Assembly (NCBI GenBank): GCA_044369655.1
Contig: JBILWX010000006.1
Span: forward strand, 2,102-66,101
Source: Pirellulales bacterium
GTDB taxonomy: Bacteria; Planctomycetota; Planctomycetia; Pirellulales; UBA1268
Length of the DNA: 64,000 nt
Reading direction: 5' to 3'
Below the pieces are notes generated by a model. It made no database searches and was not told the DNA's origin. It saw nothing but the letters and a program-made list of their open reading frames with translations. Made by a program: the position numbers and the translations under genes. Positions 1-9,239 of the stretch are shown in pieces (the stretch's first letter is position 1; each line of letters begins with the position of its first letter).

Positions 1-800
1 GCGGCCTTGAGGCGGTCGTGCATGGCCTGGAACCGTTCGGCGGTATCGTCGAGCTTGGCAACGCCTGCGAGCCTGGCGGCCCGAAGTTGGTCGAAGAAGC
101 CGAGCGGCCGTTCACCCTGCATCTGCGTGGTGTGTTGCCGGTATCGGATGAGCGGCTCCTCGATCATCAGGCAGGGAGTCACCGCCCCGATCAGCACCGC
201 GATCCAGGCATCGTGCAGAGCGTTCGTGGGGATCGGCAGCAGGAGATTACGGTAGCGTGCGCGGAAGGCGAGCGTGGCACCGGTGACCACATAGTGCCGC
301 AGCAGGACGTCGATCAGCCGGCCTCGCCGGGCGAGGCGTCGTTCGCCCCCAGTGAACGGATTGGCGAGGGCGGCCCAGAGCCGGTAGCCGAGCGGGTCGC
401 CGCCTGAGTCGATCGCCGTGGCATCGCTGAACACCATTCCGAGCCTCTCGTCGGCGGCGAAGACTGCGGCGATTCGTTCGAGCTTGTGGGGCTCCCAGAC
501 GTCGTCCTGATCGGCCAGTGCGATCAGGTCGCCCGAACAGAGTTCGATGGCCCGGCCAAAGTTGGCGGCGATGCCGAGCGGCGATGCGTGCTTCTCCAGC
601 CGCACGGGGTAGGGGGCCGTGCGGGCGAACTCCTCGACGATCGCGAGAGTGGTGTCGGTGGAGCCGTCGTCACAGACGACGATCTCGGCAGGTGGCTGCG
701 TCTGCCGGGCGATCGACGCCAACTGCTCGCCGATGAATCGGCCGCCGTTGAACGAGCAGAGGGCGACGGATAGAGAGGCCGACTCGCTGGGATAGCGCAT
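1..800 (-). CDS. Glycosyltransferase family 2 (N-terminal part; 3' end runs off the window)
   Basis: Absent from the ORF track because there is no stop inside the window. My translation from ATG (complement 800-798) is MRYPSESASLSVALCSFNGGRFIGEQLASIARQTQPPAEIVVCDDGSTDTTLAIVEEF...LIALADQDDVWEPHKL. This shows GT-A fold motifs (CDDGSTD, DQDD) and high GC3. Confidence 0.75.
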   Translation of the reverse strand, partial: MRYPSESASLSVALCSFNGGRFIGEQLASIARQTQPPAEIVVCDDGSTDTTLAIVEEFARTAPYPVRLEKHASPLGIAANFGRAIELCSGDLIALADQDDVWEPHKLERIAAVFAADERLGMVFSDATAIDSGGDPLGYRLWAALANPFTGGERRLARRGRLIDVLLRHYVVTGATLAFRARYRNLLLPIPTNALHDAWIAVLIGAVTPCLMIEEPLIRYRQHTTQMQGERPLGFFDQLRAARLAGVAKLDDTAERFQAMHDRLKA

Positions 801-877
801 TGCTCAGTCCCCAACTCGCAGCATCGACACTGGGCGGTGCGTAATCACGTCGGGAGATGGTGCCACCTGTTCAAGCA

Positions 878-1885
878 TTACCCCTTAAGCCTCGTGCGTC
901 GGTAGTAGAACGGACTACTTTGTAGCTCTTGCTGTAACGTTGGAAACCAAGGCAGAAGGGTCGCAATCAAGGACATCACGGCATTGAACGGAACCTCGGG
1001 GGTTGCTGCGAGGGCAAAAGCGGCAGTGCGACGCACCATGCCCAACCGCGCGTCAACCATCTTGTTGCGATAGTCATCAAGCCCGAAACATCCCCGCACC
1101 TTCATTGAAACAAGCTCGATGAGCTCGCGTCGCGGATCCTCGGCGACCACCTTCCGTTTTGCTTCAGTGGACAGATGAGGGAATGACCAAATCAACTGAG
1201 GCCATGTTTTCATCCAGATATCGAAGGCACGGCGAGACCATTGGGCATTGCCGTAGCGGATTCGGATCAGCGGTTCTGCAAGCAGCCGCCCGCGGCCTTC
1301 GAACGGCCGCTGAAAAATAACCCCGACGTGCACAAACTCGGTTCCCATATACCGCTCCGTATCTCGCGATAGCCAGACTGACCGCCGAATGACGACGGCC
1401 CCGATAAAACTGAGCAGTGTGCCTGCCGTCGCCAGTAAGTCGTCCTGTTGTTTCGGGCCGAAGTCTCGGTCTCGTGAAATGCAAAGCCGCTGGGGCATGA
1501 GCGTGGTGGCAAGATCTTTGGAAGCAACCTCAGCGTTGACCACCAGAAGGTCGATGTCACCGCTGAGATTCCGAAGCACAGTCTCGATAGCGCCGTGGAT
1601 GAGTAGGTCATCGTCAGTGATAAGCCAGCAGTACTCACCCGTGGCTCGCTCAATCGCGCGGCAGTAGTCTCGGTCGACTCCTCCTTTTTCGCTTAGTCGA
1701 TGAAAATGGCAGTTCGGTCGATCGCGAAACAGATCGCTAATCACGCGATCAGTTCCATCTGTGGACGCGCCATCGACGACAACAACCTCCACTTCCGGGG
1801 TGAGTTGCGTCAATACACTGTGCAGCGTGTCTGCAATGAAGTCTGCGCGATTGAGTGTCGCCATGCAGAGCGACAAACGAATCAT
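878..1885 (-). CDS. Glycosyltransferase family 2 (tandem paralogue A)
   Basis: MIRLSLCMATLNRADFIADTLHSVLTQ..VVVVDGASTDGTD..WLITDDDLL. The start at 1885 gives an ATGA overlap with the stop of the upstream paralogue. The ORF track begins 12 nt earlier, at 1897. Confidence 0.85.
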   Translation of the reverse strand: MIRLSLCMATLNRADFIADTLHSVLTQLTPEVEVVVVDGASTDGTDRVISDLFRDRPNCHFHRLSEKGGVDRDYCRAIERATGEYCWLITDDDLLIHGAIETVLRNLSGDIDLLVVNAEVASKDLATTLMPQRLCISRDRDFGPKQQDDLLATAGTLLSFIGAVVIRRSVWLSRDTERYMGTEFVHVGVIFQRPFEGRGRLLAEPLIRIRYGNAQWSRRAFDIWMKTWPQLIWSFPHLSTEAKRKVVAEDPRRELIELVSMKVRGCFGLDDYRNKMVDARLGMVRRTAAFALAATPEVPFNAVMSLIATLLPWFPTLQQELQSSPFYYRRTRLKG

Positions 1886-2901
1886 GTGCTTCTCCATCGC
1901 GACCGTAGCGCGCGAAACACTAAGAGCGATCGGTATAGGCAGTCGAGCAACCAGACGGGAGCGTAACGGGCGATGTAGAAGAACAGCCTGTCGCCGAGGC
2001 TATTGTCATAGTGGCGATGAACCGCGCGATAGAAGTCGGCCAATTCGGTCGCTGAGCCAGTTCTTATGACGCGCCGTTTCCAATTCAGCATCTCAAGCAC
2101 CGGGTACTCATTCGAGACGACTCGGCTGATTGCCGCGTACTCAGGCGAACTCCTGCCGTAGTAGTGCACCGCGAGATCACGGAACCCGCAGATGGAAAGA
2201 CTTATGCGCCTTGTAATGCCGTGGGCCATGAAAGAGTCGTTGTCACCGCGTTTGAGTACTTGGATATCGGGTTCATATCGCAGTCGAAGTCCTTGCTGAT
2301 CCATGGCGAACGCTTTGGCCGCGATAATCCAGCAACTTCCTATGAAGTGGTCGGTCCCTAGGGTCCTCATCCATCGTTGGCGATCGACAACGACACCGCT
2401 GATGAAGCTGCAGAATGCCGTCGTTGTTCGAGCCCGGCGAAAGTAATCAACGCGTTGCTCGGGCTTGGACCAGTCAAACGTTTGCGCGCCGTCGCAGTCA
2501 AGATAGCGATGTGGGGCGAGCGGTGCCATCTTGATGTCGCAGAGCGTGACGCCAGTTAGAAGCAAATCCCAGCCACCGGCTTCGATTGAGGAGAGGACTC
2601 TCGTGAGAGCGCCAGGGCCGAGCAGGTCATCGCTACTGAAAAGCCAGCAAAAATCCCCCGTTGCCAAAGCCACCGATTCCAGAATGTCACGGTCCACGCC
2701 GACGCGTTCGCAACGTTGAAAAAATGTAATCCGTGGAAACGTCTGCGCTACGCGTTGCACGACCTGTGCAGTGTCATCTGTTGAGCCGCCATCGACGATC
2801 ACAATGTCGACGCGGTCATCGGCTTGATCGATAATTCTGTAAAGAGTCTCGGCTATGAATGAGCCGAAGTTTAGGGTGGGGATGCAGAAGGTTAATCGCA
2901 T
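1882..2901 (-). CDS. Glycosyltransferase family 2 (tandem paralogue B)
   Basis: MRLTFCIPTLNFGSFIAETLYRIIDQ..IVIVDGGSTDDTAQ..WLFSSDDLL. It is collinear with paralogue A, and the track ORFs are both 339 aa. Confidence 0.85.
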   Translation of the reverse strand: MRLTFCIPTLNFGSFIAETLYRIIDQADDRVDIVIVDGGSTDDTAQVVQRVAQTFPRITFFQRCERVGVDRDILESVALATGDFCWLFSSDDLLGPGALTRVLSSIEAGGWDLLLTGVTLCDIKMAPLAPHRYLDCDGAQTFDWSKPEQRVDYFRRARTTTAFCSFISGVVVDRQRWMRTLGTDHFIGSCWIIAAKAFAMDQQGLRLRYEPDIQVLKRGDNDSFMAHGITRRISLSICGFRDLAVHYYGRSSPEYAAISRVVSNEYPVLEMLNWKRRVIRTGSATELADFYRAVHRHYDNSLGDRLFFYIARYAPVWLLDCLYRSLLVFRALRSRWRST

Positions 2902-2934
2902 GCCGAGTTCAGTCTGCAGTGTGCGGGCGTGACA

Positions 2935-4062
2935 TTATCGTGCACATCGTTCAAGGGCGGTGCGGTAGATCTCTCGGTGGCGGGCGGCGATATCGGGCCA
3001 CTGTGGTACGTCACTGACGCCGGCGAGGCTCCTTGTTCCCCGGTGCAAAGCGAGTGCATGCTGCATTTGAGGGACATTGTCTGGTCCGGCCCAGAAGATG
3101 TTGCGAGTGGCGTCATAGCCATGTTCGTTGTGCGAGGTGGCGAGCACGAATGTCCCTTGCAACCGGGCTGCGTGAATCGACGTGTTCCAGATTCCGCCGC
3201 CTTTTCGAAATGGAAGCACTACTGCGTCAGCGACGGCGAGCAGAAAAGCGACCTCCTCCGTAGGCAGAAAGCCAGTAAGGATCGCCCGATTGCGCCATGG
3301 TGAGCGGTGTGCGATCGAATTGAGTGTGTGGTAATACGACTCGGCTCCAGTAATCGGGCCGCCGACGATGAAGAGGCGGTCGCGCGAAGGATTCGCAATA
3401 TCGAACAACTGCTCAACGCCTCTGTCGGGGTACAGCAAGCCAAAGTAGACGACGATCGATTCGTTGGCGCCGATGTTGTGTTTGAGACGGAATGACTCTA
3501 TCTGGGCGAGCGTAGGGGTGGCGCGCGGGATCTGAGACGCGTTGGGTATAAAGTGAAATGGCTTGGATGCAACGGCCGCGCTCAGCCCGCGCTGAAAGCC
3601 TTCTGGGAAGTCAGGTCGAACTGATATCACGGTATCTACGGCGTGCGACATAAGGACCGCACCGACGGATTGCACCCGGGCGGGGATGTGTTCATGGAGC
3701 GTCAACGCGACCGGTCTTCGCACCACTCGTCGAAACCACTGCGGAAGGATCCCGATCAGCGGTCCGTCGTAGCCCTGGGCAGGCCATTGCACATGAAGGA
3801 CGTCGGGCTGCCACCGCAAGACCGCCCGCCGGGCTGCAAAGAAGTTCCGCAGTGACCAATTCGAAAACGGCTGGATAAGTTCGACACCCTTGAACGAGTC
3901 GAGACAAGGTGCGCGATCAGGTCCTTGTGTCGTCATCAAGCCGACATGTACCCCATCGCAGGCGTCAAGTGCGCGTGACAGACACGCGGAATAGTCGCCA
4001 ACACCGCAGCGTATCGGCGGAGCAGAGCCGCAAACAAAGAGAACCCGTAAGGCGTCATTCAT
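2935..4062 (-). CDS. GT-B fold glycosyltransferase (GT4-like)
   Basis: The N-terminus RVLFVCGSAPPIRCGVGDYSACLSRAL is typical of GT4 N-domains. The C-terminal half is Rossmann-like. Its operon context is with other GTs. Confidence 0.7.
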   Translation of the reverse strand: MNDALRVLFVCGSAPPIRCGVGDYSACLSRALDACDGVHVGLMTTQGPDRAPCLDSFKGVELIQPFSNWSLRNFFAARRAVLRWQPDVLHVQWPAQGYDGPLIGILPQWFRRVVRRPVALTLHEHIPARVQSVGAVLMSHAVDTVISVRPDFPEGFQRGLSAAVASKPFHFIPNASQIPRATPTLAQIESFRLKHNIGANESIVVYFGLLYPDRGVEQLFDIANPSRDRLFIVGGPITGAESYYHTLNSIAHRSPWRNRAILTGFLPTEEVAFLLAVADAVVLPFRKGGGIWNTSIHAARLQGTFVLATSHNEHGYDATRNIFWAGPDNVPQMQHALALHRGTRSLAGVSDVPQWPDIAARHREIYRTALERCAR

Positions 4063-4078
4063 CGGGCGAACTGGGGGG

Positions 4079-6664
4079 CTATTTCAATCCACGATTGAGC
4101 CCGCGCAAAAGTCGCTGGCGCTTGGGCGGAGCGGCCGCGACGAATGCGTCCGGCCATTCCGATACGGGGCCGCTGGGCTTCGCCCAGCGGGGACGGTAGG
4201 AAAAGAAGAATGCCTTGCGGGCGCGATCCGAAAAATTGTGACTACCTGCGTGGATCGTAGAGGAATGGAACAGGACGGCGTCGCCTGCCTTGGCGAGGAC
4301 CATTCTGGCATCGGGTGCGAGATGCTCCATGTCCTGGCAAGGCGTTAAGTCATAAAAACAATGACTCCGCGGGACCACCCAGAGCGGCGCGTGGTCGGCC
4401 GTCATGCTGGTAAGGTAGATTCCAACATTGATCCAGCAGGCGCAAGAGTTGCGGAAGTCGCCCTGTTGTTCGCCAATTCCATAGTCGGCATGAAGCGACT
4501 TTCGGGTGGTCGCGTTGACGCCCCGTCGCTCGGTGGGTGTTTCAACGAATGCGCCCTTGAAGAAGCGGATGTCCTCGCCAAGCACAGCGTGGAGAACTGT
4601 GAGCAATGTGTCGTTCTCGATGAGGGGAGGGACGGAAGGCGCGTGCCAGATGTCTTCCGTAGTGCCCTTCAGACCATGGGAGTCGACTTCGCGCAGGATC
4701 GACGCCAGATGGTCCGGTGCTACCACTTGCGGGATAAGCAGGAATCCATTTTCAAAATAAAAGCGGCGCTGCTGTTCCAGCGTCATCCCGGTCCAGTCGA
4801 CATCAAATACCAGGTTGGTGTTCTTTCGAAACGCCAGTGTTGCGAACGTGTATTTGAATCCACCGAGTTCAAAATCTGGTTTTGGGCAGTCCCATTGCGG
4901 GGCATCGACGAGGGCACAGTCTGTGAGTAGCGGGAGGATTCTGTTGGTGAGGTCGTTTTTCGAATAAAATCGGAAGTCTCCCTGGACGACCGGATCCCCG
5001 GCCCGGTATTGATCCTGGAAGTCGCAGGTGAGCACGGAGACACCTCCCGGGGCGAGGAGTGCCACGATCTGAGATATGAATTGCTCGTCGTCGCGGACGT
5101 GTTCGATGACGGACGTCGAAAAAATAATGTCGTAGCTGGCCTTGGTCGTGGTGGTCAGCGAGAAAAAGTCATTCAGATCAATGCCGTTGACTACAGGGTC
5201 GATCCGTTCGATGTGATACCCAAGTTTTATGAGGCTCTCGCAGGCCGTGTCTTCGAAACTACCGACGCAGAGTATTTTGGGCGAGTTGTAATTGCGGGCG
5301 AATCGTTCGACCGAATCCAGCATAAACGCCTGCTGAACGTTGGCGTCGGGGATTTTTCCACGCATCATCTCGGGCACCAGCTGGTGGAGACGATTGATAG
5401 AGTGCCGATATTTCTCGCGAGCCTTGTCGTCGAGGATCCGATTGAACCGGATCTGTTCACGGAATGCCTGATATCTGCTCAACGACTTTCGCTTCGCCAC
5501 GCGGACGAGACGCCTTGTCCTGTTCAAGATCCCGCGGGCAGCGTGCAGTAGCGGTACTTTCATGCTAACCACTCTCTTTTGAAGCGAGGCGATGGCGCGT
5601 CGCTCGGGTTGAAGGGGAATGGCGACTTGTTTCCGCCGGTCTTCCAAGATGGCTGCGGCGACGATTCTATCATAAGTCTCCACCATGTTTTCCGGGGACC
5701 ATAGCTTCCTAAGTTGGTCATGCGGTGCCGTTCCGTTCGCAATGATCCGCTTCATCGTCACGTCTTCGATCGTTACCGGGGGGGTGAGGTCGAACAGGTG
5801 TCGAAACATGATCGATTTGGAAGTTACGAACGGGCGCTGCGCGGCGATGGCGTGGTCGGTCGAACTTGATATCCCAGCGACCTTGATGTAGTCGTACAGG
5901 AATGCGTTGATCGTGTTAGATGCAAGAAAGTCCAGTACCTCTGACTGACTCATGAAGTGGTTGGAGACCTCGAGGCGGACGCCCGGTTTGCGGATCGTGG
6001 CGCGGCAAGACTCGATCTGTCTCAACGCCTGATCTCCCCGGGGATCGACGATTCCGTTGGCGGGAATGTGGACGCGGATGATCGCGGTGTCGAACTCCCG
6101 TTGGACCGTCTCGACGACCCGCGAATAGCCCTTGCTCCCGACCGAAAAACCGAATGTCCCAACCGTGACGACACTGGGGAGTGTCTGCCGATTGACATAG
6201 GGCACAATCAGGCGGCCGGTCTTGAATACCCGCGGGTTGCGCTCTTTCAGTGTCGGATCACCCATCGCGTAATACTGAAAAAACTGCGAGGGCATTTCAT
6301 CTGCTTCCCCTTGGGTCATTTCATGCATTACGGCGATATTGACCGGAAGGAATCGGCGCGGGCCCCGAGGGTCGATGAACGAGAGCGTCTGTGGATGGTA
6401 GTTGTAGATAATCGCAGAATAATCCCCACCCTTAACCGCCTCGTCGATATCCGCCATCGAACGGACCGGGAGGTAGCGATATTGATATCTGCGTGATTGC
6501 TTCAGCGCGTGAAAAAGATTCAGTCCGTATTGATAAACGCCACAGTTTTCAATCGCATAATTCACAAACAACACGCGGCCCAAGCACGCGTCTTGCATCG
6601 CTGTATCCCTATCAATGAGAGGCTTGGGACTAACGGTGTTCATGCGCGGGTCTCGTATGCTCAA
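4079..6664 (-). CDS. Three-module protein: degenerate GT-B-like N-domain, class I SAM methyltransferase, and PhyH-type Fe(II)/2-oxoglutarate dioxygenase
   Basis: The middle module reads ILCVGSFEDTACESLIKLGYHIERIDP...YDIIFSTSVIEHVRDDEQFISQIVALLAPGGVSVLT (methyltransferase motifs I and post-I). The C-terminal module reads HADYGIG...PLWVVPRSH...AGDAVLFHSSTIHAGSHN..RKAFFFSYRP (a PhyH-like HxD...H facial triad). Confidence 0.75.
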   Translation of the reverse strand: MSIRDPRMNTVSPKPLIDRDTAMQDACLGRVLFVNYAIENCGVYQYGLNLFHALKQSRRYQYRYLPVRSMADIDEAVKGGDYSAIIYNYHPQTLSFIDPRGPRRFLPVNIAVMHEMTQGEADEMPSQFFQYYAMGDPTLKERNPRVFKTGRLIVPYVNRQTLPSVVTVGTFGFSVGSKGYSRVVETVQREFDTAIIRVHIPANGIVDPRGDQALRQIESCRATIRKPGVRLEVSNHFMSQSEVLDFLASNTINAFLYDYIKVAGISSSTDHAIAAQRPFVTSKSIMFRHLFDLTPPVTIEDVTMKRIIANGTAPHDQLRKLWSPENMVETYDRIVAAAILEDRRKQVAIPLQPERRAIASLQKRVVSMKVPLLHAARGILNRTRRLVRVAKRKSLSRYQAFREQIRFNRILDDKAREKYRHSINRLHQLVPEMMRGKIPDANVQQAFMLDSVERFARNYNSPKILCVGSFEDTACESLIKLGYHIERIDPVVNGIDLNDFFSLTTTTKASYDIIFSTSVIEHVRDDEQFISQIVALLAPGGVSVLTCDFQDQYRAGDPVVQGDFRFYSKNDLTNRILPLLTDCALVDAPQWDCPKPDFELGGFKYTFATLAFRKNTNLVFDVDWTGMTLEQQRRFYFENGFLLIPQVVAPDHLASILREVDSHGLKGTTEDIWHAPSVPPLIENDTLLTVLHAVLGEDIRFFKGAFVETPTERRGVNATTRKSLHADYGIGEQQGDFRNSCACWINVGIYLTSMTADHAPLWVVPRSHCFYDLTPCQDMEHLAPDARMVLAKAGDAVLFHSSTIHAGSHNFSDRARKAFFFSYRPRWAKPSGPVSEWPDAFVAAAPPKRQRLLRGLNRGLK

Positions 6665-6801
6665 ACGGCGCGAGGAAAGGACTGGGCGTGCAGAGGCACG
6701 GCATTGACTCGAAGACTGGGCGGTGCTTGCTGCTCACGGCCATGCACTTCCCGAAGCGATTGTTCGAGCGTCGCTGCACCTTGCCGGAAAAGTCCCGAGC
6801 A

Positions 6802-7833
6802 TCACCTGATCTGCCGCAGCGACTCCTGGCCGTTGCTCGCCAAGGGCGTCGCCTGGTGCGATTGTGGATCGGTGATTTGCGTATCGGATTCAGCAACTGC
6901 ATCGACTATCGCGTGCACCATGCCTTCGAAGGAGAGACTAGGGAGCCAGCCGGTTAGTCGACGCAGTTTTGCTGGGTTCCCCACCCGCCCTGTCCGTCGC
7001 CGGGCAAGGATTGAAGGAACTTCCCGCACATACCGGCTCCAGTCCAATCCGACGCGACGATACGCCGCATCGGCGAAATCCCGAACGCTATGCATGACCC
7101 CCGTCGCGACCACGAAGTCGGTCGGATAATCGACCTGTAAGATGCGTGTGAACGCATCAACGAAGTCCGGAGCGTAGCCCCAATCGACGGTCGCATCGAG
7201 GGAGCCCACGGCGACGTGCGCGTTGTCACCCCGGCTTGCTGCAATCGCACCTCGTGCCAACTTCATTGACAGAAAGTCGCCTCGGCGGAGATGCGATTCG
7301 TGATTGTAAAGGATGCCTACGCTGGCAAATACGCCAAGGTGCCGACGGTAATCGCGGCAAATGTCGGCGGCATATGCCTTACTTGCTCCATAGGGTTCGT
7401 CAGGATTACAGGGCGTATCCTCGGTCTGCGGCGATGCGGCCGGATGGGAGCCGTAGATCAGCGAACTCGACGCATAGAACAAACGGCATGATTGGGCATA
7501 GAGACGAATAGACTCGAGGAAAGAAAGTAAGCCGTCGACGTTGACCGCGTGCAGCGACTGCCATTCTCGCAGAGGGTTCCGATGTTGCGATTCGGAGGAG
7601 CCATGGTGGGCGGCGAGGTAGTAGATCTCGTTTGGTTGGGTACGTCTGACGAGAGTTGCCAGCGTTTCAGGCTCGGATAATGAGCAGGGGGGCACGCTAT
7701 CAATCGGTCCGAAAGTCTCAACCCTCGACCGGCCGATGCCGATGACCGAGTAGCCACGACCCTGCAATAGCGAGTTAAGCAGTCGTCCGTCTTGGCCTTT
7801 ATGGCCGACGATAATCGCAATGCGTTCAGACAA
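6802..7833 (-). CDS. GDP-mannose 4,6-dehydratase-family SDR (Gmd-like)
   Basis: IAIIVGHKGQDGRLL, PYGASKAYAADI and ILYNHESHLRRGDFLSMKL resemble the Gmd motifs GQDGSYL / YNHESPRRG. I prefer the TTG start at 7833, overlapping the upstream stop. The track ORF extends to GTG 7956, which would overlap the upstream gene by 130 nt. Confidence 0.8.
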   Translation of the reverse strand: MSERIAIIVGHKGQDGRLLNSLLQGRGYSVIGIGRSRVETFGPIDSVPPCSLSEPETLATLVRRTQPNEIYYLAAHHGSSESQHRNPLREWQSLHAVNVDGLLSFLESIRLYAQSCRLFYASSSLIYGSHPAASPQTEDTPCNPDEPYGASKAYAADICRDYRRHLGVFASVGILYNHESHLRRGDFLSMKLARGAIAASRGDNAHVAVGSLDATVDWGYAPDFVDAFTRILQVDYPTDFVVATGVMHSVRDFADAAYRRVGLDWSRYVREVPSILARRRTGRVGNPAKLRRLTGWLPSLSFEGMVHAIVDAVAESDTQITDPQSHQATPLASNGQESLRQIR

Positions 7834-9058
7834 TCTCGATTTCGGGCATTGGGAAAATGAGGTGCCCGCCTGCGTTGAGGAAATCGGCTTCACGTTCGAT
7901 GATGCCCGCTTTGAAGTGCCAGGGGAGTACCAGGAAAAAGTCAGGCCGGGCCGCACGCGCCTCTTGCTCTGACACGATGGGGATGTGTGTGCCGGGTGTC
8001 ACGCATCCATGCTTATCCGGGTTCACGTCGGCGATACAAGGAATGTCGTGGGCGGTAAGACCACAGAATTGGAGCATGACGTTGCCCTTGGTTGATGCTC
8101 CGTAGCCAAACACGCGTTTGCCTGACTGATTGAGTGCATGAATCAATGCGGTGAGGCTGCGACGGTGTTCGTAAACACGGTCTTCAAAGTCCCGAAATGG
8201 TTTTGGGGTGTGCAGCCCGATGCGTTGCTCCGTCGCAAGGAGCCAGTCGATGACTGCCTTGTTTCGGCGGAATGTAGAGCCCCGGCGGGCTGCCGTGACT
8301 GCAAAGCTGCCCCCGTTTACCGCGTTCATTGTAACGTCGATGACTTCCATCTCGGCCGCTGCGAGGATCGTCTCCACCACGCCCAAGCTGTAGTACTCGA
8401 TGTGCTCGTGACAGACCGTGTCATACGAATTCATTCGCAGCATTGACGGCATATAGCTTTGCTCGAAGTGCCAGAGCCCGTCGTGTGCAAGGCAGTCATG
8501 GATTTGCCGTGCGAACTCGATCGGTGTTTCGAGATCGTAGAACATCGCTATGGAAGTGATCAGCTTGGCCTTGAGAGTTCCGGCAGCGGCGACAAAGTTG
8601 TCGCGGCTGAAAAAGTCCGAGACGAGCGTGGTGTCGTCTGGATACATGTGCCGAAATTTAACTCCCGTAGGGTCGATGCCGATTCGGAACAGCCGCGGCG
8701 TCGAATATGATTTCAATAACGTTCCGTCGTTGCTCCCGATGTCTAGCACCAGGTCGCCGGGCTGGAGATCAACGAATCGACTGAGGTGGGCGGTCTTGGC
8801 GGTTAGATGCCGAACCATCGACGCGTTGAGGCCCGAGCGATAGCCATAGTTGGTCCCGTACATGGATCCAAGTTCAAAGCGATGCGCAAGTTGCAACAGC
8901 CCGCTATCTGGGCACCACACAAGTTCAAGTTCACCCATCGGTACGGGCTCGCTAGCTGACCGTGGAAACGTCCCGGTAAACGCTTGGGAGCCCAGGTGCA
9001 AGACGGGAATGAGGTTGGTGCTGTTCGATATGCGGCAACTGTGAATTCGCTGGCTCAT
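7826..9058 (-). CDS. NDP-hexose C-methyltransferase-like (TylCIII-type architecture)
   Basis: SCRISNSTNLIPVLHLGSQAFTGTF...LVWCPDSGLLQL is a degenerate Zn-ribbon. A class I methyltransferase core follows (LVLDIGSNDGTLL), then a C-terminal Rossmann-like domain (RVFGYGASTKGNVMLQF). The start is taken at the internal ATG MSQRIHSC; the track start is 9100. Confidence 0.7.
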   Translation of the reverse strand: MSQRIHSCRISNSTNLIPVLHLGSQAFTGTFPRSASEPVPMGELELVWCPDSGLLQLAHRFELGSMYGTNYGYRSGLNASMVRHLTAKTAHLSRFVDLQPGDLVLDIGSNDGTLLKSYSTPRLFRIGIDPTGVKFRHMYPDDTTLVSDFFSRDNFVAAAGTLKAKLITSIAMFYDLETPIEFARQIHDCLAHDGLWHFEQSYMPSMLRMNSYDTVCHEHIEYYSLGVVETILAAAEMEVIDVTMNAVNGGSFAVTAARRGSTFRRNKAVIDWLLATEQRIGLHTPKPFRDFEDRVYEHRRSLTALIHALNQSGKRVFGYGASTKGNVMLQFCGLTAHDIPCIADVNPDKHGCVTPGTHIPIVSEQEARAARPDFFLVLPWHFKAGIIEREADFLNAGGHLIFPMPEIEIV

Positions 9059-9239
9059 AGCAAGTGTCCGAAAAAGGGTTCTGCCGGTTATGCGGTTCAC
9101 GTCGCCCCGTTTAGGAACCGACGGTCACCATTGTCGGCCCATCTTAAAAGGCGGTGGTGGTACGAAGAGCGAGGAGGGATGAAACAGTTGGGAGTACGGT
9201 GCCTCTGGCGACATATTCGAACATGCGTGGATCATTCGG

